In this document: positions 17,290 to 25,098 of the stretch, piece by piece
Numbering within the stretch: the stretch's first letter is position 1
Layout of the letters: the number at the start of each line of letters is the position of its first letter
From: Candidatus Zixiibacteriota bacterium
GTDB lineage: Bacteria > Zixibacteria > MSB-5A5 > CAIYYT01
DNA: 40,983 bases
Direction: 5' to 3'
Assembly (NCBI GenBank): GCA_040235515.1
Contig: JBECKX010000063.1
Location: forward strand, 1 to 40,983
Translations under genes and position numbers: made by a program
Notes under the pieces: model-generated
What the model was told of the DNA's origin: nothing
Database searches by the model: none
The model's input: only the letters and a program-made list of their open reading frames with translations

Positions 17290-19305
17290 CTAGACCGCCG
17301 CCGGGGTTTTCTTACCGGCGCCTGATTGCCACAACTTGCGTGCCTTCTCCTGTAGTGCATCACCGGAGCCGCGCTTGACCCGCTTGATCGAGTCGAAGCG
17401 ACAGATCTGGAAACAGGCGCCGCACTGGATGCAGTCATCCTGCTTGATATAGTGCAGCTGCTTCGGTTCACCGATGATAGCGTTCGTGGGGCACGGTTTG
17501 ACACAGGCGTGGCAGCCGGTGCACGACTCATCGATTGCGTGAGAGACCAATTCCTTGCACACCCCGGCGGGACAGGTTTTGTCCACGACGTGGGCGATAT
17601 ATTCCTGTCTGAAGTAGCGAATCGTCGACAGCACCGGATTGGGTGCGCTCCCACCCAGCTGACAGAGGCTGGTATCGATGATCCCCTGCGACAACAGTTC
17701 GAGTTGTTCGATGTCGGCCAGGGTACCGTGGCCTGCAGAAATCTTGTTGAGGATTTCGAGCATAACCGCAATTCCCTCGCGACACGGGATGCACTTGCCA
17801 CAGCTTTCCTCCTGCAGGAAGCTGAGGAAGTAGCGCGCGACATCGACCATGCAGGAATCTTCATCCATGACGATCATGCCGCCTGACCCCATCATCGAGC
17901 CCGCCCTCGTGAGTTCATCGAAATCGACGGGCAGGTCAAGCAGGCTGCGGGCTTCTTCCTCCTCGCGGATATCCCCGTGCGCGACCAGTGAATCGTGGAT
18001 GTCGCGCTGACTGGTTTCGACGATCAGCGTACCGCCGGAGGGTCCGCCGGTCTGGACCGCTTTAAACCGCTTGTTTCCCGGGACGCCACCACCGATGTCA
18101 TAGAGGATTTCGCGCAGTGTAATTCCCATCGGTACTTCCACCAGGCCGGTGTTGTTTATCTTTCCGGTCAGCGCAAAGACCTTCGTACCCTTTGAGTGTT
18201 CCGTCCCGATCGAAGCAAACCAGTCGGCCCCGTGCTCGATGATCAGCGGGACATTCGCCCAGGTCTCGACATTATTGAGGTTCGAAGGTTTGTCCCAGAG
18301 CCCCTGCTCCACTGTGTGAATATACTTGGCGCGCGGCTCTCCCACTTTGCCCTCGAGTGACGCCATAAGTGCCGTGGACTCACCGCAGACGAAGGCACCG
18401 CCGCCACGCGAGATTTCGATATCAAATGAAAACCCGCTGCCGAGGATGTTATCACCCAGGAGCCCACACTCGTAACAATCAGCGAGTGCCTTGTTGAGGG
18501 TCTTGACGGCGAGAGGGTATTCGTTGCGCACGTAGACAAAGCCCTCGCTTCCGCCAATGGCATAGGCGCCGATGATCATGCCCTCTATGACCGCGTGCGG
18601 ATTGCCCTCGAGCAGGGAACGATCCATGAACGCGCCGGGATCGCCCTCGTCGGCGTTGCAGATGATGTATTTCGGAGTGCCGGGGGCTTTGCGACAACTG
18701 GCCCATTTTCTCCCCGTGAGGAATCCACCACCTCCTCGTCCCCGCAGGCCGGAACGCTTGACCTCCTCGATGATCTGTTCCGGTTGCATCGTGGTCAGCG
18801 CCTTGACGACAGATTCGTAGCCGCCGAGGCGTATGTAATCATCGATCGAGAAGGGGTCCATGTAACCGTTCTTCTCAAAGATAAGGCGCTTCTGTTTCTT
18901 GTAGAATGGTATCTCCACTTCCTGCTGGATGATCTCAGCAGTAGCAGGATCACGATAAAGGAGTTTCTTCACCGTGTGTCCGCCAATGATTGTCTGATCC
19001 CAGATCAGTTTGACATCCGCCGGCTTTACCCGCTGGTAGAAGATTCCACTCGGACGGATGACCACCAGTGGGCCTCGTTCGCAGAAGCCATGACAGCCGG
19101 TGGCTTTGAGTTCGACTTCCTTCGCCATGCCTTCTTTCGCGATCACTTCCTTGAACGCACGGTAAACCGGTTTACAGCCGCAGGCGCGGCAGCCGGTGCC
19201 GGCACAAACTGTGATGGTTGTTTTGTTGGGATCGAAGTTCGTTGTCAGCAGATTCCGCCAAGCCTCAAGCTCCCGGGGAGAGCCGATTCTGAGTGACTTG
19301 TTCAT
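17290..19305 (-). CDS. NuoF-like NADH-binding flavoprotein of the HydB/HndC type, with an extra N-terminal thioredoxin-like 2Fe-2S domain and a C-terminal 2x[4Fe-4S] ferredoxin
   Basis: N-terminus CAGTGCRACGC...CHGFCERGPLVVI. Core GGYESVVKAL...RGRGGGGFLTGRKW (FMN/NADH site) and ESCGKCIPCREG (cluster N3 motif). C-terminus CTGCHACVKPCP and CIQCGACFQICR. Confidence 0.9.
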   Translation of the reverse strand: MNKSLRIGSPRELEAWRNLLTTNFDPNKTTITVCAGTGCRACGCKPVYRAFKEVIAKEGMAKEVELKATGCHGFCERGPLVVIRPSGIFYQRVKPADVKLIWDQTIIGGHTVKKLLYRDPATAEIIQQEVEIPFYKKQKRLIFEKNGYMDPFSIDDYIRLGGYESVVKALTTMQPEQIIEEVKRSGLRGRGGGGFLTGRKWASCRKAPGTPKYIICNADEGDPGAFMDRSLLEGNPHAVIEGMIIGAYAIGGSEGFVYVRNEYPLAVKTLNKALADCYECGLLGDNILGSGFSFDIEISRGGGAFVCGESTALMASLEGKVGEPRAKYIHTVEQGLWDKPSNLNNVETWANVPLIIEHGADWFASIGTEHSKGTKVFALTGKINNTGLVEVPMGITLREILYDIGGGVPGNKRFKAVQTGGPSGGTLIVETSQRDIHDSLVAHGDIREEEEARSLLDLPVDFDELTRAGSMMGSGGMIVMDEDSCMVDVARYFLSFLQEESCGKCIPCREGIAVMLEILNKISAGHGTLADIEQLELLSQGIIDTSLCQLGGSAPNPVLSTIRYFRQEYIAHVVDKTCPAGVCKELVSHAIDESCTGCHACVKPCPTNAIIGEPKQLHYIKQDDCIQCGACFQICRFDSIKRVKRGSGDALQEKARKLWQSGAGKKTPAAV

Positions 19306-19856
19306 AGCTCGTCCTCCTCGTCCGCCTTGAGGTTCCCGGCACGGATATCAGATAGCATCTTGTCGGTTTTGGAGACGGTCATATTGCCATAGTAGACGTC
19401 GTTCGCCGTTACGAGGGGACCAAGCGCACAGGCCCCGAGGCAATTGACGGTCTCGAGGCTTACTTGGCCATCAGGCGTTGTCTCGCCGGCGTTGATACCG
19501 AGTTCGCGTTCGAGTTTGTCGACGATTACTGAAGCCTGGCGCACATGGCACGCGGTCCCGGTGCAGACGCAGACGTGGTTCTTCCCCTTTGGTTTCAGGC
19601 TGAACGCCCGGTAAAAGGTAGCCACTCCATAAATCTGCGCCATTGGCAGATTCATCTCCTCCGACACCTGTCGCAATGCGGCTTCCGGCAAGTAGCGATA
19701 GTGACGCTGGACGTCCTGCAGTATCATGATCAGGGCGGTCGGTTTGGCGCTGTAACGCTTTACGATGCTTTTCACGATAGCCGGCAGGTCGTAGTACTCG
19801 TCCTCTTCATGGCCTGCTGCCTTCGCGGCCACTGGAGTTGTCTTTGTCATTGCCAT
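19302..19856 (-). CDS. NuoE/HydC-like thioredoxin-type [2Fe-2S] subunit
   Basis: ...HVCVCTGTACHVRQ...VNCLGACALGPLV (CxxxxC...CxxxC). True start taken at the ATG (MAMTKTT...) that overlaps the stop of the upstream gene (TGATG) and has SD GGAGGTGG. The 5' part of the track ORF (to 20051) is Arg/Pro-rich alternate-frame junk. Confidence 0.85.
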   Translation of the reverse strand: MAMTKTTPVAAKAAGHEEDEYYDLPAIVKSIVKRYSAKPTALIMILQDVQRHYRYLPEAALRQVSEEMNLPMAQIYGVATFYRAFSLKPKGKNHVCVCTGTACHVRQASVIVDKLERELGINAGETTPDGQVSLETVNCLGACALGPLVTANDVYYGNMTVSKTDKMLSDIRAGNLKADEEDEL

Positions 19857-20818
19857 CAGCTGCCCACCTCCTCGGGAGTAAGTCGTCCTTCCGGCATCGG
19901 CTGAGCCTGAGTCAAGAGCGAGAGGTCTTTCTCCCTTGCCAGTTTCTTTCTGCTGAGGATATCGAACATGCCTCCCTCGCGGAGGACTCTGTCGCCCAGC
20001 ATCAAACGACGCCTTACCGGGGTTGGATGACTGGGACAGGCCTCGTAGCAAGCGCCGCAGCTATTGCAGATTGTCGGGTCGACATAACGCGCCTTCTTCC
20101 TGACGGTGACTTTGAAGTTTCCGATATACCCATCAACCTTCTCCACTTCAGCCCAGGTCATCAGTTTGATGTTCGGATGCTTACCCGCCGACACCATCTT
20201 CGGTGTCAGGATACAGGCGGCGCAATCGAGGGTGGGGAATGTCTTGTCGAATTGCGCCATATGACCACCGATAGAGGCTTCGCGTTCCACCAGTATCACC
20301 TCAAAGCCGGCATCGGCCATTTGCAGTGCGGATTCTATCCCGGCAATTCCGCCCCCGACAACCATCACTCGTTTGGTGATCGGTACGCGACGCATTTCGA
20401 GTGGTTCATGCAGACGCACTCGCGCAACCGCTGCCCGCACCAACGCGATCGCTTTTGCGGTCGCCATTTTCGGGTCAAGGGTAACCCAGCTTACCTGTTC
20501 GCGGATGTTTGCCATCTCGAAGAGGTAGCGATTCAGGTTTGCATGCTCCACGGCGGTCCGGAAGGTTGGCTCATGCATCAGGGGGCTGCACGCGGCAACG
20601 ACCACGCGATTCAGTTTCTGTTCCTTAATGTCCTTCTGGATTAGCTCCTGTCCGGGATCTGAGCACATGAAGCGGTAGTGGCGGGCAACGACGACATCGG
20701 GAAGATTCGATGCCATCTCAGCCACCCTTGCGACATCCACGGTCTTGGCGATGTTGGTGCCACAGTGGCAGACATAAACTCCCACTCGGACCCCACTCTC
20801 ATTCGCTGAGTTGGTCAT
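19856..20818 (-). CDS. hdrA: N-terminal half of HdrA: Cys-cluster N-domain, FAD-binding Rossmann fold and the first 4Fe-4S of the inserted ferredoxin
   Basis: VGVYVCHCGTNIA...VVVAACSP; GxGxxG fold KRVMVVGGGIAGIESALQMADAGFEVILVE; LDCAACILTPK; ICNSCGACYEACP. The protein then terminates. The start overlaps the hdrB stop (ATGA). Confidence 0.8.
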   Translation of the reverse strand: MTNSANESGVRVGVYVCHCGTNIAKTVDVARVAEMASNLPDVVVARHYRFMCSDPGQELIQKDIKEQKLNRVVVAACSPLMHEPTFRTAVEHANLNRYLFEMANIREQVSWVTLDPKMATAKAIALVRAAVARVRLHEPLEMRRVPITKRVMVVGGGIAGIESALQMADAGFEVILVEREASIGGHMAQFDKTFPTLDCAACILTPKMVSAGKHPNIKLMTWAEVEKVDGYIGNFKVTVRKKARYVDPTICNSCGACYEACPSHPTPVRRRLMLGDRVLREGGMFDILSRKKLAREKDLSLLTQAQPMPEGRLTPEEVGS

Positions 20819-21696
20819 ACGTTAGCCACCTCCCCCCGCAGTTTGGCGGAGCGAACCGGAATCAGCAGTCTATCCATTCCCAGTTCCTTTTCCTTTAATC
20901 CCAATGCCAGCCCTACCAGGTGTGTGAAGTAGAGGATCGGGATGTTAAACTTCTGCCCGTAGCGGGCATTGATCTTGTCCTGGTAGCCTTCGAGGTTGAT
21001 CTGGCAGAGAGGACATGCGGTCGCGATCATTTCGGCGTCGTTGTCAGCAGCTGCCTGGAGCAGACCGTTGCAGAGCCTGAGCCCGATCTCCTCATCTGTG
21101 GTCATGAGCATCCCACCACAGCAGCGCACTTTCGGCGGATAATGCACAACCTCAGCTCCGAGAGCTTCAAACAGTTGATCCATGGTTACCGGCTCATCGA
21201 CATCATCGAAGTAACCGTGAGGTCTGACGATCTGGCAGCCATAGTAAGGCGCGACTTTGATACCGGTCAGCGGATTGGTTACGGCTTCCTTTAATGCCTC
21301 AAGACCGAAGTCATTGACGATAATGTCGAGAGGATGTCGCACAGTGACCATGTGATCGTAGCGGAGTTCGGCGGCTGAGAGGGCGGCGTTTATCTTCTCC
21401 CGCTCTTGCGGGTCCCAGGCGATATGACGGTTGGTCTTTTTCAGGATTGTGTAACAACTGCTGCAAGGTGCGCAGATATCCATTCCCATATCCTGCGCCA
21501 GCGCCAGGTTCCGGGCGCTGATGGCGTAGCCGACAATTTTCTTTGCCGACATGTACATCGTCGCGCCGCAGCAATTCCAGTCTTCGATTTCGGTGAGTCC
21601 CAGCCCTAGCTGTTTGAAGACGGCACGTACCGAGATATCATAGGGGCTGCCGGTGTGCTCGAGGCTGCATCCGGGATAGTAGGCGTAGTCAGTCAT
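20815..21696 (-). CDS. hdrB: HdrB-like subunit (two CCG domains)
   Basis: MTDYAYYPGCSLEHTG...WNCCGAT... and a second YYGCQIVRPH...CCGG (CCG cysteine-rich domains). TAATG overlap with hdrC. Confidence 0.9.
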   Translation of the reverse strand: MTDYAYYPGCSLEHTGSPYDISVRAVFKQLGLGLTEIEDWNCCGATMYMSAKKIVGYAISARNLALAQDMGMDICAPCSSCYTILKKTNRHIAWDPQEREKINAALSAAELRYDHMVTVRHPLDIIVNDFGLEALKEAVTNPLTGIKVAPYYGCQIVRPHGYFDDVDEPVTMDQLFEALGAEVVHYPPKVRCCGGMLMTTDEEIGLRLCNGLLQAAADNDAEMIATACPLCQINLEGYQDKINARYGQKFNIPILYFTHLVGLALGLKEKELGMDRLLIPVRSAKLRGEVANV

Positions 21697-22283
21697 TAGT
21701 GCTCTCCAAACTCATTAGCTTTTTTGATTATCGCCTGGACCTGCCTGACGCGTTTGATGCGCTGCGGCAGCAACCCCATGCGTTCGCGCCGCATCAGCTT
21801 CAAGCCGTAACCGGCGTTCTTGAAGAGCTTGGTAAACCCGGAGCGCATGAAGTACTTCACCCCGAGTCCAAGCTCGTAGTTGCGGCCATACTTGTAGATG
21901 TTATCAAGGAACGTCGAGGAGAGCCGATGCACGGGGAAGTTGCGCGGATAGATCCTGCGCTGCATCGCGATTCGTTTGAGGGCATACATCGTATCGGTTA
22001 CCCTGATGTTTTGCGGACAGCGTACCGTGCAGGAGTAGCAGGAGGCACACACCCAGATTGAGCGACTTCTCAGTATCTCCTCGATCCGCCCTGCCCTGAA
22101 CATCGCCACCGTCTGGCGCGGGGTCAGATCCATGAAGTCGGACACCGGACAGGTACCAGTGCAGGTGCCGCACTGGAGGCATTTTTTGATCCTGTAACCG
22201 TCGGGGAATGAGTCTACCTGCTCCCAGAAGGCTTCTTGCAGTTCAGCCTCGGAGGGAGAAACCATAGTCAGGGTATCTGCCAT
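21696..22283 (-). CDS. hdrC: HdrC-like 2x[4Fe-4S] subunit
   Basis: CLQCGTCTGTCP and CASCYSCTVRCP. Confidence 0.85.
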   Translation of the reverse strand: MADTLTMVSPSEAELQEAFWEQVDSFPDGYRIKKCLQCGTCTGTCPVSDFMDLTPRQTVAMFRAGRIEEILRSRSIWVCASCYSCTVRCPQNIRVTDTMYALKRIAMQRRIYPRNFPVHRLSSTFLDNIYKYGRNYELGLGVKYFMRSGFTKLFKNAGYGLKLMRRERMGLLPQRIKRVRQVQAIIKKANEFGEH

Positions 22284-22554
22284 TTTGCCCTCACAAGTCG
22301 TGGATTGGGTCTTTTTCGGGATTGGCTGCGACTCTTGAGAGACAACTGAGGGATGATTCCTCAGTGCCGCATGCCCGGATGTCGCAGCTTTTCAAAGAAG
22401 TTGTGCAACGGTGTCGTTGGATTTTCATTGAGAATATCGACACAAAATACCACTGTCAAGATATTTTTTTCACAAAGTCTATAGAAAATTGTGCAGAATC
22501 GCGCTATTGATGCTCTTTCAGTGCAGCATGTTATGACTATTGTGCTCCCTATTA

Positions 22555-22570
22555 TGTGATTTTATTCACA
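22555..22570. promoter_or_regulatory. Perfect CRP-family palindrome TGTGA-N6-TCACA in the only sizeable gap of the hyp-hdr-mvh block, about 270 nt upstream of hdrC
   Basis: tgtgattttattcaca is read directly; the surrounding region is AT-rich, promoter-like DNA. Confidence 0.45.
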
Positions 22571-22657
22571 ATAGTAATGAAAACTTATCATTTCACTCCA
22601 CTATTAGCGCGTTGTTTCGAAGTGAAGCGATTTGGGCGTTGGGATCGGAATGATGCC

Positions 22658-23722
22658 CTAACAGATGCGTGGGAGTTGTTCGCCGACAGGGAGATCGACG
22701 AAGCGTTCGGTTCCGAAACGAGTGCGCAAGGTCACAACAGCGCGGTCGCAACTCTCGACGCTGGCGAGGAGTGAGGCATTTTCCCCGAGCGGATGCCTGC
22801 GCATTTGTTCCAATGCGGTGTCGGCAAATTCGGGGGAGACAGCGACAACCATTACCCCTTCATTCGCGACGTGAAGCGGGTCAAATCCAAGCAATTCGCA
22901 GGCGGCAGCCACCGGAGGTGCGATCGGGATCGCTGCTTCAGATATCCGAATCGCAACCTGGGAGGAGGCGGCGAATTCATTCAGAATAGCGGCGATGCCG
23001 CCACGCGTGGCATCTCGCATGGCGTGGATCCCGGCACCGTAGGTCGTCACCAGTGAATTGACGAGCGGGAGGAGTGATGCGGTATCGGATGCGATCGGAG
23101 TTTGGAGCCCGAGGTCCTCGCGCTGGGCGATAATCGCGATGCCATGGCTGGCGATGTTACCACTCACAAGAATCTTGTCCCCTGCCCTGAGCCCCGCGGC
23201 GGAGAAGCAGTAATCATGTTCGATCAGGCCGATTCCCGCCGTGTTAATGAAAATCCTGTCAGCCTTCCCACGATCGACGACCTTCGTGTCCCCAGTGACT
23301 ATGACCACATTTGAGTTTGCGGCTGCGCGACTCATGCTGTGGATGATTCGTTCGAGATCAGAAACCGCCAGCCCCTCTTCAATGATCAAACCTGCGCTGA
23401 GGTATAGCGGCCGGGCACCGCACATACAGAGGTCGTTGATTGTACCGTTGACAGCCAGCTCACCGATATCGCCGCCGGGGAAGAAAATCGGATCGACGAC
23501 ATAGGAATCTGTGGTAAAGGCCAGTCGTGTACCGGCAAGCGTCAAGCGGGCTTGATCCTCCAGAGGTCGCAGCAATTCATTGTCAAAATACTTCAGAAAG
23601 AGTGATTGAATCAGCTCGCCGGTCAGCTTGCCGCCTGAGCCGTGCGCGAGTTGAATGGTTGCATGCCCCGACAATGGGGCGGGACAACTTAACTGGAAGC
23701 TCTTATTCTTCTCTTCACCCAT
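22658..23722 (-). CDS. hypE: HypE, hydrogenase maturation (AIR-synthase-like, carbamoyl dehydratase)
   Basis: Ends with the invariant ...LPRIC C-terminus; PurM-like body. Start taken at the internal ATG (MGEEKNK...), 8 nt into hypD. Confidence 0.9.
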   Translation of the reverse strand: MGEEKNKSFQLSCPAPLSGHATIQLAHGSGGKLTGELIQSLFLKYFDNELLRPLEDQARLTLAGTRLAFTTDSYVVDPIFFPGGDIGELAVNGTINDLCMCGARPLYLSAGLIIEEGLAVSDLERIIHSMSRAAANSNVVIVTGDTKVVDRGKADRIFINTAGIGLIEHDYCFSAAGLRAGDKILVSGNIASHGIAIIAQREDLGLQTPIASDTASLLPLVNSLVTTYGAGIHAMRDATRGGIAAILNEFAASSQVAIRISEAAIPIAPPVAAACELLGFDPLHVANEGVMVVAVSPEFADTALEQMRRHPLGENASLLASVESCDRAVVTLRTRFGTERFVDLPVGEQLPRIC

Positions 23723-24827
23723 TGAAGGCCCACTTCGGTTCCAAGAACTGTTTGTATTTGAAGTAGGCAGCGCACGCACCCTCCGATGATACCATCGTCG
23801 CACCAAGAGGGTGGGCGGGTGTACAACCGGCGCCAAAGGCAGGACAATCGCTTGGTTTTATGCGCCCCTGAAGAACCAGCCCGCTCAAGCAGTCGGCAGG
23901 CTCATCTACGGAGTTGCTGGAGAGCTCAAACTGCTTCTCGGCATCGAATTGCTCATACTCTGTGCGGATCCCAAGGCCGCTGTGAGGAATCTCACCCAAC
24001 CCTCGCCACCTGCGCGAGACCACCCGAAATACCTTCGTAACCGCTTCCTGCGCCGACCGATTCCCCTGACGAGTAACTACGCGGCTGTAACGATTATCAA
24101 CTGTCGCTTTCCCGGTTTCCAGCTGCTTCACTACAGCCAGAATCCCTGCCAGGAGATCGAGGGGTTCGAAGCCGGTAACAACTATCGGCACATTGTAGTG
24201 TGCGGCGATTGGCTCATACGATTCCCAGCCCATCACGGCGCAAACATGTCCAGCCGCGAGATACCCCTGAACACGGTTTGAATCCGAGCTAAGCAGGGCT
24301 GACATTGCCGGAGGCACAAGCACATGAGCCGGCAGCAGAGAGAAGTTCGTGATCCCTTCGCGCTGTGCCTGCAGGACTGCCATTGCAGTCGTTGGGGCGG
24401 TAGTCTCAAACCCCACTGAGAAGAAGACGACTTTCTGCTCCCGATTCTCACGGGCGATGCGGACGGCGTCGAGGGGAGAGAGGACGACTCGTATGTCTGC
24501 ACCTCTCGATTTTGCAGTTAGCAGATCGATCTCCGAACCAGGAACTCTGAGCATATCACCGAAGGAGGTGAATATGACGCCGGGAAGCGCCGCGATTGCG
24601 ATCGCTTTATCGATCATTTCGAGCGGTGTGACACAGACCGGGCATCCGGGACCATGCACGAGTTCGACGCTACCGGCCAGCAATTGATCGATACCGTTGC
24701 GTACGATCGAGTGGGTTTGACCACCACAGACTTCCATAATGACCCACTCCCTGGTCGCACTGCGGCGGATCTCATCCACCAGTGATTTTGCCAGTTCGGC
24801 ATCGCGGAACTCTTCCAGATACTTCAC
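23715..24827 (-). CDS. hypD: HypD, Fe-S scaffold for Fe(CN)2CO assembly
   Basis: [18 protein letters not shown] and FETTAP motifs. 370 aa. Confidence 0.9.
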   Translation of the reverse strand: MKYLEEFRDAELAKSLVDEIRRSATREWVIMEVCGGQTHSIVRNGIDQLLAGSVELVHGPGCPVCVTPLEMIDKAIAIAALPGVIFTSFGDMLRVPGSEIDLLTAKSRGADIRVVLSPLDAVRIARENREQKVVFFSVGFETTAPTTAMAVLQAQREGITNFSLLPAHVLVPPAMSALLSSDSNRVQGYLAAGHVCAVMGWESYEPIAAHYNVPIVVTGFEPLDLLAGILAVVKQLETGKATVDNRYSRVVTRQGNRSAQEAVTKVFRVVSRRWRGLGEIPHSGLGIRTEYEQFDAEKQFELSSNSVDEPADCLSGLVLQGRIKPSDCPAFGAGCTPAHPLGATMVSSEGACAAYFKYKQFLEPKWAFNG

Positions 24828-24836
24828 GGCACAACC

Positions 24837-25082
24837 TTACTCTTCCTGCTCGCTCGTCGCCAACGCATACTCACGCCAGAGAGCCAGAGTCTCTTGTGCC
24901 TCGACCTCATCGAGCACGCTGATGGCAAAGCCTGCGTGCACGAGCAGGTATTGACCAGGCACTGCGTCGGGGAGATACTCAAGACACGCTTTCTGGATGC
25001 TGCCGGAGAAATCCACCCGACCCATCTTAAGCCCATGTTCTTCTACTATCTCTATCAGTTTTCCCGGTATTGCCAGGCACAT
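24837..25082 (-). CDS. hypC: HypC/HupF chaperone
   Basis: The conserved N-terminus MCLAIPGKLIEI (essential Cys2) begins at the internal ATG. SD GGAGGAG immediately upstream; the track ORF start (25106) adds 8 unlikely residues. Confidence 0.9.
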   Translation of the reverse strand: MCLAIPGKLIEIVEEHGLKMGRVDFSGSIQKACLEYLPDAVPGQYLLVHAGFAISVLDEVEAQETLALWREYALATSEQEE

Positions 25083-25098
25083 AGTCTCCTCCTTCGGG

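Noticed and set aside
19856-20051. 5' extension of the NuoE-like ORF to 20051 (as in the ORF track), overlapping hdrA-N by about 200 nt
   Set aside because: The extension translates to Arg/Pro/Gly-rich low-complexity sequence. The ATG at 19856 has a strong SD and a stop/start overlap (TGATG) with the upstream gene. The overlapping frame at 19856..20818 is the real one.
22322-22774. Plus-strand ORFs 22322..22510 and 22556..22774 in the hypE-hdrC gap
   Set aside because: The second overlaps the hypE 3' end antisense and starts inside the CRP-like palindrome. Neither has an SD and both are AT-rich promoter DNA.
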